Of a stretch of 64,000 nucleotides of DNA, positions 14,094 to 26,349 are shown one piece after another. Source of the DNA: Antedon mediterranea. Lineage: Eukaryota; Animalia; Echinodermata. The notes under the pieces are model-generated. The model did not search any database. It was not told where the DNA came from and saw only the letters and a list, made by a program, of their open reading frames with translations. Position 1 is the stretch's first letter, and the number at the start of each line of letters is the position of its first letter. Made by a program: the position numbers and the translations under genes. The stretch is from assembly GCF_964355755.1 (NCBI RefSeq), contig NC_092677.1, positions 3,432,101 to 3,496,100 on the forward strand, read 5' to 3'.

Positions 14094-17000
14094 ATGGCTT
14101 TTGTTAACGAAAACAGCAATGGTGGTTTCTTCAAGAAACACTGGTCTATTCTGGTCCTTATTGCGGTATTTTGTAATTTTTTGTGTTTATCTGGAGTTTT
14201 ATTTAACTATAACCTGTTGTACATCGAGATAATGCATTCCTTTAACTCAACAAGCACGCAGGCTGGTAAGTAATATTCGTTATAAAATCCTATAGGGCCT
14301 AGGCTAAAAGTAAACTCATAATGTGAACGCCCGGATGCCCCGGATGCGCAATCGACGGGATTTTTTTATTAGGGCTCATCGGCTCTCATGTGGAAATTAG
14401 GGATAGAACCCCCAGTACGACCGATGGCTGATGATGTTGGCGCGGGGAAATAGGTCACCGCAAGACTTGGAGTCTTGGTCACCCTTCTTTCCCATCAGTA
14501 TAAGAGAGAAAATGTATAGGCTAAAAGGAGGCCAGCAGCATAATTAATATTATATAACTTATAGGGCCTAAGCAATAAGTTTTAATCCCGGTTTTTTAAA
14601 CCCAATATCGTTTGCATGGCGTCTTAAGCGTGGTTCCCACAAGAGACGCAACGCAAGGACGCACGCGCAAGGCAAGCGAGTTGACCAATGATAAGCCGCT
14701 TGTGATTGGTCAAATCATTATCATTACGTCCTTGCGTTGCGTCACTAATGGGAACCAATCTTTAACGACGTCCTTGCGTCTGTGTAGTGGCAATGAAGCT
14801 GTAACCGTGACTTTACATGACAAAAGGCAGCACATGTGTTACACATGTGATGCTGTACAGGCCTATTACCGCATTTTTATATTATACTGGGGCGTAAATA
14901 TGAGGGGTACAACCATGAGAATCGGGGTATACGTCAGTACACGTGCGTACTCGCACAAATGGCCGCAACGTGACGTCACAAAGCCGACAATTAATGTAAT
15001 GAATTCTCAATCTATCTATGTTTGTTTTATCTCAGGTATACCTGGTGCTATATCGTTTACGTTCTTCAGCTTTACCTCGCCCATCGTGACTGTTCTATAC
15101 CAGATACTAGGGCATCGGATAACGGTTGTACTGGGAGTGTCACTATGCTGTGCAGGCCTCTTATCATCGTCTTTTGTACAACACGTGGCCGTGTTATGTA
15201 TCACTTATGGCTTTATGTTCGGTGTAGGCTTCAACGCATGCAATTTGACGTGCACCGATATGATACTGAGGGTTTTTGACAAGCGGAATGCCACTAGAGC
15301 TACGTGTACGGCTCTGTGTGCCATAAGCGTAGGTACGTAAAAACGTACATCCAAGCTTAATCTTGGTTCTCACTGGCAATCACAAGCGAATAAGCCATCG
15401 CTTGTGATTGGTCAATTCACTTGCGTTGCGTTTACGTCCTTGCGTTACGTTCTAGTGGGAACCAAGCTTTAGCATGCATCGTAAGGACGTAAGCAAAACG
15501 AAAGCGAGTTGACGTTATCATTTCAGTATATATTATTTCATGGTACGTCCCAGATTATGATGACGTTTCGACGGGATTTTTTTATTAGGCCTACGCTGCG
15601 CTTACGTCGTTGTGTTGCGTCCTAGTGGGAAGCAAGCTTTAAGCTTGGTTCCCACTAGAACGTAACGCAAGGACGTAAACGCAACGCAAGCGTTTTAACC
15701 AATGACAAGCGAAGTTATAAGGAGTTAGCAATCACAAGCGAATACGCCATCGCTTGTGATTGGTCAATTCACTTGCGTTGCGTTTACGTCCTTGCGTTAC
15801 GTTCTAGTGGGAAACAAGCTTTAGCATGCATCGTAAGGACGTAAGCAAAACGAAAGCGAGTTGACCAATGAAAAGCGACAGTTCGGATAATCCATCGATT
15901 GAGATTGGTCAACTAACTTACATTGCGTTATGTCCTTGTGTTGCGTCTCTAGTGGAAACCAAGCATTAGAGATCGGTACTTTCCACTAGCATGCAACGTA
16001 CGCACAACGCAAGCGAGTTGACCTATGACAAGCGACAGTTCGGATAATCCATTGCTTGCGATTGGTCAAATTCTTACGTTGCGCTAACACGTCTCTAGTG
16101 GGAACCAAGTCAAATATAAATGACCGTTCTCTCGTCAATATTTTCTCTGCCAATTTGTCGTCTGATATTCAATATAACAGACATTGCACAATCTTTTATC
16201 CGGTGGTCATTGCTGGTACCGCTAAAATTTACTTTTATTTAATAATTAATCAATTAGTTAATTTTTTTTACTAGTGCATCACGTATAGTCATTTAAAGTA
16301 TGAGAATAACGGTCAATAAACTCTAAAGCACACGTATGCTTAAAGCCAATTTACACAGACGAGCGGTAACGGTAATACAAATTTAGAATCTATGTTATTC
16401 CTTATGGAAAATTTACACAAAGCGCGCGGAGCGGACGGGCGGTTTCCGGCGGTGATAATAGATACAGATTCTATGTTGGACAAGCTAAAGCGTGGTTCCC
16501 ACTAGCGACGCAACGCAAATAAATTGACAAATCACAAGCGATGGCTTATTCGCTTGTGATTGCTAACTTTCTATAACTTCGCTTGTCATTGGTTAAAACG
16601 CTTGCGTTGCGTTTACGTCCTTGCGTTACGTTCTAGTGGGAATCAAGCTTACGCGGTTTTCCGCTTACCGTTACCGCTCGTCTGTGTAAATTAGCCTTTA
16701 TAAACCAACTTAAAAGAACATTATATAAACCCCTATTGTACACCTTCGGGACCCAAACAATTGTCCCCCAAAAAAGCACAGAAAACGTATTCATACTCTT
16801 ACTAGTAATATTCCTGTGAATATGACTATTTCTTTGAAACTAATTTGAAAAGAGCGGTGCGCGCAATTCCTTTTCCCGATAGCACCGTTTCTTCGTTTAA
16901 GTTACGTTGCACGGAGTTAGTTCGAATTCTGGTAAAAATAGGTTTAGTGTTTAGGTCAAGAGCCGTTTTACACAACGTATTCCGGATAATTCCGTACACA

Positions 17001-19489
17001 AAAAAAAAACCAATACTACATACGAGCGTGATTGAAAAACGTAATGTATATACCCGGACCCCCCGAGTTTTTTACGGACCCGGGAAAAATACGGGCTGCC
17101 TCCTTGTAAACGTAGCTTTCTTATTCGTTGTAGGTTTTCTGATGTCACCAGGCATCGAATGGCTTTATGAAACGTATTCATGGCGTGTTGCCTTTAGGAT
17201 ACTCAGCGTTATACTGGCCTGTGTCGGCTATTCCTCAGCTCTAGTTATGGTGGACGTAACACCCAAGAAGAAGAAATCCAGGGAGAAGGAAACCGAACAA
17301 TCTAGTCGTCAACAAACAGTTAGCATAGCAAAATATTGCTTTCTACTCAGAAGAAGAGGTTATAGTTTTGGTTTACTGGCATTTATTTTAACAGCAATTA
17401 CGATTACGTTTACTTTTATAAGTATGGTGAGTTGTTACACAGGTCTGCATTTAAAGCTTGGTTCCCACTAGAGACGCAACACAACAACGTACGCAACGTA
17501 AGGGATTTGACCAATCATAACGCGATGGATCATCGAACTGCCGCTTGCCATTGGTCAACTCGCTTGCGTTGCGCTTACATCCTTGCTTTGCATCCAAAGG
17601 TTAACCGGAGGTCATACTTTCACTCAGTTTAAAATTATTTTGTTATGAGTTCCTTCATATAAAATTATTATTCTTGATCGTTGGAAAAAGATTCGAGAAA
17701 TTTCACATAATGGTAGTTGAGATTTAGGAACCATTCACCACAGAAAGTGTTGTCTTAATATATTAAACCAATTGAGTGACGCGATGAGATATTCATTTCA
17801 CGTTGAATATTAGCTGGAGGTCTGGTGGTCCAGCGATATATTCACACGACGGCGGTGCATCGAAGTCAGACTTAGCCCTGGAAGGCAGCTGTCGTTTACT
17901 GGACCTTTGGTACATTTAGTTGCTTTTTCATGATTTAATAACAAGGTTTTGTTCATGTTTTAGGGTAACTTCTTACTGGAAAATGGAATGGAAATTTCGT
18001 CAATATCTTTTATCATATTTATGATGGGCGTAGGGGACCTTGTCGGACGTATCGTAGCTGCCATATTCTCCGATAGATTACCAATATCACGGATATACCA
18101 GCATGCCTTGAGTAGCCTCCTTACGGCTCTGCCTACTGTCTGCTTACCGTTCATAGGCTCCCATACTGGTCAAACCGTAGTTTTTATAGGTAATAAGGTT
18201 CATCGCAAATAGCTTGAATTCGCGAGGAACGTCATTGCACAATGCATGATGGGAAGGGTTTGGGAGCAAACGTCACAACGCGTAGCGCCTACGTACAAAC
18301 AACAAACCACGTACGTGCGCGTCATGACGTTTTTGCTCCCAAACCTTCCCATCATGCGTCGCGCACGCCATTTGCGATAAATTTTATAATGTTCAATATT
18401 TTAGTTCGTTTGCACGCCGATATGAAAACCATAGAGCCTCTGCGCATGCCTAGAAGCAATTCTTTGTTGCGATAATAATTTAATCGCGACAATGCCGAAT
18501 TTAAATTCTGAAGAAACGCTCAGTTGCTTCGACAATTGAGTAGGACCTGCTTACAGACTAATACAAATGACAAAGAAAAGAAAAAAAATTAGTATTTTAG
18601 GCCCCATTTCAAAATCCTAGATCGGCCACAGGGCGTCAACATGTACATGTAGCTTCTTTAACCCCTACCATGCATTCTATGTATACGGTTTTAACATTTT
18701 TTACCGTTTCTTCTGTTTTAGTGATGAGTCTTCCACGGAGTTTATTGATTGTGCTGATGCCCTCTATCGCCATGGAATTAGCAACAGACAACACAACGTC
18801 AGAGTCGATGGCCGTTAGTTACTTGGCATTCGGCATTGGCGCGTTTACAACTCCATACCTAACAGGTAAATAATGCCAACTCTCTAGAATTATTTCATTT
18901 TAAATTCACTCATTGAAATAAAAGATGATAATACCGTCTCCATGCATCTAGTAAACTATAAGCTACCGCATGGTAACGGTTTCGGAAGGGAATCGGAGTA
19001 GAATGTAGAGGTCCTCACAAAGAATATCAATTTATACGGATCGCGCCACTAACACATCCCTTTCCATTCATTTGGGAACGCGCGACACATTTTCAAGCGT
19101 CCATTTGGAGGGTACACAACCCATTTTAGACGTCCATTTCGGGGGTGTCTCCCATTTTCAACGTAAGACCCCTTTTAACCACCCAGGGGTGGGGTGGGGA
19201 GGGGAGGGGATGACCCGTTTGACCCATACAAGTTAGGTGACTCGATGTTATTTTTCTTATTGCAGACTTGATATACGAAATAACTGGTTCATATGACATA
19301 CCCTGGTTCATCTGCACGGGGTTGTATGTGCTAGCAGCAGGGTTTATGCTGCTTGCCGACAGGGCTAGAAAACAAAATTTGATGACGGATGCGAGACAAT
19401 ACAATTTGGTGCATAAGGACACAATCGAATACAAAGATACACAGATCAAAACGAACCAGATTGACAACAGGACACTTACGGCAATCTAA
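14094..19489 (+). CDS. Monocarboxylate transporter-like MFS protein (SLC16 family), ~451 aa
   Basis: Exons 14094-14265, 15036-15332, 17134-17426, 17964-18189, 18722-18865, 19266-19489, GT-AG and phase-consistent. Multi-TM layout with SLC16-like segments: LGHRITVVLG, YGFMFGVG, FDKRNATRAT, YSWRVAFRIL, GDLVGRIVAAIFSD, LIYEITGSY. Confidence 0.88.
15642..15821. mobile_element. MITE family B (PIF/Harbinger-like), ~135-180 bp
   Basis: TIR AGCTTGGTTCCCACTAGAACGTAACGCAAGGACGTAAACGCAACGCAAG, TTA/TAA flanks. Other copies ~14627-14761, 15356-15468, 15822-16110, 16489-16649, 17455-17600, 29318-29490, 33910-34001, 38410-38853, 41110-41236, 43597-43747, 51522-51700. Confidence 0.88.
16343..16697. mobile_element. 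MITE family F (Harbinger-like) with a nested family-B copy
   Basis: TIRs AAGCCAATTTACACAGACGAGCGGTAACGGTAA / TTACCGTTACCGCTCGTCTGTGTAAATTAGCCT, TTA on both sides; family-B insert 16489-16649. Relatives at ~13980-14020, 38290-38940, 54993-55161. Confidence 0.8.
18201..18380. mobile_element. Fold-back (palindromic) MITE-like element in SLC16 intron
   Basis: GCATGATGGGAAGGGTTTGGGAGCAAACGTCA ... TGACGTTTTTGCTCCCAAACCTTCCCATCATGC, outer arms ATCGCAAAT / ATTTGCGAT. Confidence 0.6.
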
Positions 19490-19610
19490 ACAGTTTTAAT
19501 TCGATTTGAAAATTATAAATTAGGGAAAAATTGTAAAATAAAAGCCTATATTTTGCTTTGAATAATCGTCATTTGTTGTTTTTTGTTTTTTTATCATCTA
19601 TCTATCTTTA

Positions 19611-19741
19611 TCTATCCTCCTGTGATGTCATCTATCCTCCTGTGATATCATCTAATCTATCCTCCTGTGTTGTCATCTATCCTCTTGTGATTTCATCTAT
19701 CCTCTTGTGATGTCATCTATCCTCCTGTGATGTCATCTATC
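19611..19741. repeat. 20-bp minisatellite, ~6 units
   Basis: TCTATCCTCCTGTGATGTCA repeated just 3' of the SLC16 gene. Confidence 0.9.
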
Positions 19742-22695
19742 AAGGTATAATGTGACCATGAGTTTTATGAATTTATGCAAAATTAAATATTTATGTAACA
19801 TTTAATGTACATCTTTCGAATCATTTTACATTATGTAATTCCAGTTATCGCTCGTTGTAGCAAAAAAGGATGATTAAACGCCGCGTTTCAGGTGAACCCC
19901 GACGTACGTACGCACACACGATGACGTCACTGCCATTTCATAAACATTAATCTTGTACATCAACACCATGTCGTTTCTCTTCAATTCGTGTCCGTGTGGT
20001 TAGATGAGATTTAAAATGACAACCATCATAATCGAATAATTTGGTGGTTTTAGTAGAAATGTACTCTTTTGATATTTAGTGTTCATTTGTTATGTAAGTT
20101 TCACAAGTTTCCCACTGATAAAAAACGCTGAACCAATCAATTATTATATTCTTATTATTATTAAGGGTACTTGGCAAACAGAAGTCAGTGTCAGTGAATG
20201 ACAATTTAGATAAATCAATTTTTGTATGTGATGACGCCCTCACTATTCACATTCATTTAGACTAGACAAAAAGTAGTGAGCCCTCTAGCGGTCATTTGTG
20301 ATTTCTGAGATTCATCGAAGCGCGACAACATCACCCGGAAATGATGTGAATTTAAAATTTTAATAGGGTTAAACTCTTTTAACCAATTGAAAGCCTTAAA
20401 TTATAGTTCATTATGAATAATTCATGAGAATAATTAAAGCAAGGGTTGAAGAAGCATGTGACTTGGTTTTTGGAACAGGATAGCAGTTATGAGCGTGTCA
20501 GGTAATCATTGAATTTGCTCTTCTTTTTGTTAGATTTTATACGGTTTTTATCAATAATAATATTGTACATTTTTACGAGACCATAACAAAATTCCTCAAT
20601 TTTTGAGTAAACGAGTGACTAAATAAAAAGTTACTATGTAATGTAAATATTCGTTTGACAAAAAATGGGCATGTTGATATTTTCAGGTATTTTTTAAATG
20701 GCGATTGAAATAGGTAAACAAATCACATGTATAACGGTGGTTTGTGCGAAGCTGGGCCTAGCCTTGATGGTCCAACGCGTACTGCGTGTTAATCAATGCG
20801 TATAAGATACACACGTAGTCGTTTAGGCCAATTTTTTTACATGTTTATTTATTAATATTAGGCCCCATTCTCATTTATTTTAATTAATGTACTGAATGTA
20901 CCACACTTTACAACTCTATATAAATTAGATTTTGTACTTGTATTAAATTCAAACGTTTTATGGGATTTAAAACATTAAGCTAGGCCTTATAGTAGGCCTA
21001 GGACCACATGCTAGGTTGTTCAGCCTAATTTATCATGCAGTAGGCCTATACCTCTAGCCCATCTTTCAAATACATATTTAAATTAACATACTTTTTATAT
21101 TTCTATATTTTTTATAGGATCTGACTCCAGAAAACATTTGCATCACTTGAAAGCGGCTATTTATGGACAGCATGTTGACATTAAAAAAAATTTGACCAGC
21201 TCTTATTAATTAAATGTCTTTTAAATTAAAGGTTTTCATTACGGTATAATGAAATGTACGGTGACAGAAATTTAAATGATTCTCATAATTGAGGTTTCTC
21301 ATAGATTTAATATTGAAGGTAAATAAATAAAGCTGTTTGTTATTCTTGCCTTTAGAAATAAACATGTTGTTAGTACTATATTATTAGGCCTAGGCCATTA
21401 TACAAATTAAAACTAAAAAAATACAGTAATCATATTTAAGGCCTACACAGCAGTACCTTACTTGATTTGATTTTTTTCAAATATTTAATTGATAAAATAA
21501 ATGAGTTTGACTTTTCAATTAGTTGCCATTTTATTAGTTTCTGTGTGTTTTTATTTATATTCTTAAAATAATTGTATACAACAACTTTAAAGTATTGCGC
21601 AGAAGTGATCAAATTATAGTAGGCCTATTTGTATGTTATTGTCGCTTAAAATTATGCAGTTAAAGCATTTGATTTTAGGGTGACAGAAACGGTTAGGCAA
21701 GAAAAGAAATAAATTTGGGAATTTTGTTATGCGGTAAAAACAATTAAACATAATTTACCCCTAATGCATGTATATGTAGAAAACATTGCTTATGTTAGCG
21801 CGACCGAAACTCGCTACTGGGAATAGAGCCTGCAAAAGCGACGCGTACACACCTACTCGGGCACCGGCGGAGCGCGATCGATAGTAAATATACCCGATTT
21901 CAAATGATCATAAAATTCTTTTAAAAAATATCAACATTTTGATTTTTTGAGGATTAAAAGTAAAGATATTGAAATTTAACATAATATTTACAAATATGTA
22001 TTTAAAAATTCGGAAACAATTTTAGCGTGATATTAAAACAAAGTTTTTAGAGTTCCGCGATTTCCTACGCAGGATTTGTTTGTTTCCATTGTTAATGGGC
22101 GAATGTTACCTAAACTAGAATCGTTATAAATCTTTTAAATTTGTATTATAAGTAATTTCTTTAGTATTCTTAGTAACATCGAATGTCTCTAATTAACTAG
22201 CAGTTATTTATACTAACTATTGTTCAATAATAAGCATGTATGAAGTGAAAATCTATAGTAATAATGTTCTTAGTCAGTTCGTCTCGCTCGCGTGAAGTCT
22301 TCGGGTTTCTCAATACAATTCTCAGCGGTAAAGATAGGCTCGCGCTAATGTTTAAATCAAAAGCGCTCTCAAAACACTTTTTGTCCAAAATTCGCAATAT
22401 GACGTGAGTGTGTATTGTTTACGTACGTCCATGGATAACGTGTAAACCGGGATACATTATATAAATTAATGCAGCGTATTCGAGAATTGTCCTCGAACAT
22501 CACTCGAAAAATACACGCGAGTATACCGTGGTGGTATGTACTGACCACGCCCACGTAAATGGAGAATGCATCACCATCATTTTATTACCAACTTTCAATG
22601 CAGCTCGCGTCAAATTTTGGGACCTTATCTTGAGTCGGAGTGGACTATCGAATAGACCGACTCATCAGATTTTCATCATAATGAATTGAACAGTA

Positions 22696-23624
22696 ACGCC
22701 CGTATTCTTAAACCGGACTTTAGTCGTAGTTCGAAGTTCGACTTGGAAAAGTCGTAGTTCGAGCTATTACTTCAAATTAGATTCAAAAACGAAGTAGTCG
22801 AAGTTTGCAGTTCGACTTAATGAAGTCGAGCTTTTAGTCGAGTTGCACACGTCTGGGTAACAAAGGCTATACATTGGCCAATGACAAGAGAGTATTTGAG
22901 GAGCAGACGAAATTTTGCGCATTGATATCACTTTCCATTTCTTACAACACTTTTTACGCATCAGGACTATATACATGAAAAATAATTTTAATCGTTAATT
23001 ATTAGAACAATATCAGTATTAATTTAACAGTGAAGTATATTTGATTAACAACAAATAAAATCTTAAAAATATATTTAGGAACCATGGCGGTACGGTAACT
23101 TTTATATTTTCTAGGCCCCCAACAAAGTATGATCGCCACGAACCACGCACTTCATAGCGTGACAAGAAAGCGCTAGGCCCCCTAAACATTCCATCGCGTG
23201 GTGAATTGCCGCATCTCCCATTGTCGCTATGGCGTGACGGAGCTCAAGTCGGACTTGCGCGAAGAAAATAATGTAATTTGTATACAGTTGTAAATAAAGA
23301 TGGTTTTCATTATTATAATTTATACCAATGTATATTTAATTAAGCTAATATAAATATAGATATTTCATTCTTCAATATCTGGCCAATATAACAACTCAAT
23401 GACTGTTACGTTTTTTATAAACATCGTTTAAAAACCATTTAGTCAACCATTTAGTCTGCCCCCTCCAGGACTAAAAAAATCGATCAAAATCCGTCTCGAT
23501 TTAGTCGAGGTTGGCCTGATTTAGTCGGTGATTTAGTTGAAGTTTGGTTTATGAATTAAAATGACGTCATTTTTTTAGTTTTAGCTCGAACTACGACTAA
23601 AGTCCGGTTTAAGAATACGGGCGT
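22696..23624. mobile_element. ~930-bp non-autonomous DNA transposon with perfect 39-bp TIRs
   Basis: ACGCCCGTATTCTTAAACCGGACTTTAGTCGTAGTTCGA at left and its exact reverse complement at right; TA flanks; subterminal (T)AGTCG/AGTTCGA repeats; no coding capacity. Confidence 0.85.
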
Positions 23625-23975
23625 TAGCCACATTCACACCAATTGCAGATTGGTTCGGTATCGGAGAAATCCCCGGGCTACATCCACGTTTAGTACGAAA
23701 TAATCCGAAATTAGTTAAAAGGTTCGTTTCTACTTAGCAAGAGAATGCAGATTTAAATACCGTATTTTGAAAGAACGGTAATCAAACAGAAACGGGTCCA
23801 TAAAAAAAGAAATATTGACTCCGCTTTTAAAATGGCTTCCGTGGAGCAATTTTTTAGTTTAGCAGTAACGGTATCTTTGTTATAACCGGTTTCGAAGATA
23901 TCCGTTATTTTAGGATTTCACACTAGAAACATAATCGCAAGTATGAGTGGTTTCTTGTTAAGCTCGGTCTACATT

Positions 23976-26349
23976 ATTTCATTTTTCATTTATTCCACAT
24001 TTATTTAGTCATCAATTACAGTACATCATAATTACAGTACAACTGAGAACAGGGATCCTGCATAAAAAAGCTATAGCTTCGTTTTTTTGTAGGACCCTTT
24101 TACATAAGAACAAGTATATAGAACTTAAATAAACAAAGGTGTTGTTAATCAGCATATAGTGATAAAAAGTATTTTTTAACCTGTTTTTTTATACATTTAT
24201 TTTGTTTCTTTAAGATAACCGGTTTATTACCACCATTACAAGTGAATTCTTTCCACAATTTTGGTCCATATATGTGTATAAACTGTTGACTGCAAGTTAG
24301 TCTTGTGAAGGGAATTTCGAATTCAGTTTCTGTTCTGAGGTTATGAGTAGGCCTAATACTGTCACAGTAATTAAAAATATTTAAAATGTGATGTGGTAAT
24401 TCATTGAATTTTACGTTTGCCATAAATCCTATGACGTTTACTTTGTAAATATCATAAACGTTTAATATTTTTAGTTTCTTAAACAGTGGCTCTGAGGCTT
24501 GTCTGGATTTAGAGAAGGTAATGCATTTTACAGCTCTCTTTTGGAGTTTTAGTATTACTTCTAACGTGCTCTTGTATGTATTTCCCCATATTAAGTTACC
24601 ATACTGAAGGTGAGGTAATACTAAGGTGTTATAAAGACTAATACGGACTTTATGAGGAAAGAATTCTCTTACTTTTAAAAGTATACCAATTGCCCTAGAC
24701 ATTTTTTTCCTAATAAGCTGTATGTGATGTTTCCAGTTAAGATTTTCGTTTAACATTACACCTAGAAATGTCACATTTTCTTTTCTATGTAATAACACAT
24801 TATTCATTTTTATTTTAAACTGGTTTTTGTCAAAGTTCTTTTGGCTAGTTCTAAAAACAACGTAATTAGTTTTGCTGACATTCAGTAACAGCTTATTTGC
24901 TTTAAGCCATACGTTTATTTTTTCTAGTTCAATATTCATAGTATGGTTTAACATTGTAGGGTCATCTCCCCTTGTTATACAAGTTGTGTCGTCAGCAAAA
25001 CTAATTATATCTATTTTACTACTTGCTCGACTTATATCATTGATGTAAATTAAAAACAAAAGTGGTCCTAAAACAGAACCCTGTGGCACCCCTATATTGG
25101 TGTCTTTTAAACATGATGATCTACCGTTGGCATAAACATATTGTTTGCGGCCACTTAAATAGTTTCTAAACCACATTAAAACGATGCCTCTTATACCATA
25201 ATGCGCCAATTTGCTCAACAGAATACTGTGATCGATAATGTCAAACGCTTTTGACAAATCCATAAAGGTAGTAAGTGCATATTCCTTTTTTTCAAATGCA
25301 TTTAATATTTTATGGACCAAGTCGATCATAGCATGAGAAGTTGAGTGTTTGTTTCTAAATCCATATTGATTGTTGCTTAACACTTTACATTTTGTAAGAT
25401 AATTGTATAATTGATTATGGATAATCTTTTCAAAAACTTTCGAAAAAATGGGCAACAGCGATATGGGACGATAGTTTGAGGCCAAATGGCGGTCCCCTTT
25501 TTTATGTATGGGAACTACTTTGGAAATTTTCAACTTCCCTGGTATTAGTCCAGTTTGAAGTGATAAATTAAAAATATATGTCAGCGGCTTTAAAATATTG
25601 TATTTTACTTCCTTTACAACTTTAGCTGAAATGTCATCAAATCCGGAGGCTTTGTTTGAATCGAGAGATTCAATAACTTTTAGTACCTCCTCCTCATCAA
25701 CATAGCAAAAAAACATTGAGTTGCGTTGTTTGTTTGTGAGGTATTCAGAATACTTTGTCGTAGTAGACTCAATATTGTCTCGAACCTTACAACCTACATT
25801 AATAAAATAATCATTAATATGATTTACAACATTTTCGCAACCATGTATAGTTTCATTGCTATGTGTAAAAGAAGATGGAACTTTAGTTTTTCCTTTATTC
25901 GGATCAATTACATCATTTATAACATTCCATGTTTTTTTAATATTACCATTTGTTCGATTGAAAAGATTTTCATAATACATCTTTTTGGCGATTTTGCACG
26001 TGCGTGCAAAAGCTTTTTTAAATTCTTTATACGTATTTTTGTTTTTTACAGTAGGGTGTTTTATGAACCTTTTATACAGTACATGCTTTCTTTTACTTGA
26101 CCTTAGTAACCCAAAACTCATCCAGGGCTGCTTGAATTTGTCATACTGTTTTGATGACTTTACAGTTTTTTTAAGGTGTTTGTTATATAGAAACTTAAAA
26201 TTATCCAGAAAATCATTATAAGCGATTTCTGGATCAGTCGCTTCATATACTCCAAGCCACTCTGCACTTAATAAATCACTATTTAGTTTCATAATATTTC
26301 TATTGTTAACTATATACGTGTCACATGAGACTGAGGTGCCTTTATTCAT
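23976..26349 (-). mobile_element. 5'-truncated non-LTR retrotransposon (CR1/L2/Crack-like LINE)
   Basis: RT ORF followed by short 3' UTR with stem-loop (24051-24098) and AATAAATGAAAAATGAAAT tail; no endonuclease domain upstream. Confidence 0.9.
24145..26349 (-). CDS. LINE ORF2 fragment: reverse transcriptase, 734 aa, uninterrupted
   Basis: Motifs KASGFDDI, NYRPISLLPIFSKVFEK, QYGFR, FMDLSKAFD, GVPQGSVLGPLLFLIYIND, FADD, FLGV. Confidence 0.93.
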   Translation of the reverse strand: MNKGTSVSCDTYIVNNRNIMKLNSDLLSAEWLGVYEATDPEIAYNDFLDNFKFLYNKHLKKTVKSSKQYDKFKQPWMSFGLLRSSKRKHVLYKRFIKHPTVKNKNTYKEFKKAFARTCKIAKKMYYENLFNRTNGNIKKTWNVINDVIDPNKGKTKVPSSFTHSNETIHGCENVVNHINDYFINVGCKVRDNIESTTTKYSEYLTNKQRNSMFFCYVDEEEVLKVIESLDSNKASGFDDISAKVVKEVKYNILKPLTYIFNLSLQTGLIPGKLKISKVVPIHKKGDRHLASNYRPISLLPIFSKVFEKIIHNQLYNYLTKCKVLSNNQYGFRNKHSTSHAMIDLVHKILNAFEKKEYALTTFMDLSKAFDIIDHSILLSKLAHYGIRGIVLMWFRNYLSGRKQYVYANGRSSCLKDTNIGVPQGSVLGPLLFLIYINDISRASSKIDIISFADDTTCITRGDDPTMLNHTMNIELEKINVWLKANKLLLNVSKTNYVVFRTSQKNFDKNQFKIKMNNVLLHRKENVTFLGVMLNENLNWKHHIQLIRKKMSRAIGILLKVREFFPHKVRISLYNTLVLPHLQYGNLIWGNTYKSTLEVILKLQKRAVKCITFSKSRQASEPLFKKLKILNVYDIYKVNVIGFMANVKFNELPHHILNIFNYCDSIRPTHNLRTETEFEIPFTRLTCSQQFIHIYGPKLWKEFTCNGGNKPVILKKQNKCIKKQVKKYFLSLYAD

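Noticed and set aside
14420-14462. CTGATGA...GAAA...GTC hammerhead-like string
   Set aside because: No convincing stem I or stem II complementarity.
14612-15035. N-terminal part of the 242-aa ORF (and 16845-17133 of the 208-aa ORF)
   Set aside because: Intron and MITE read-through upstream of true SLC16 acceptors at 15035 and 17133.
25726-26221. Plus-strand ORFs of 124 and 78 aa
   Set aside because: Antisense shadows of the LINE RT ORF.
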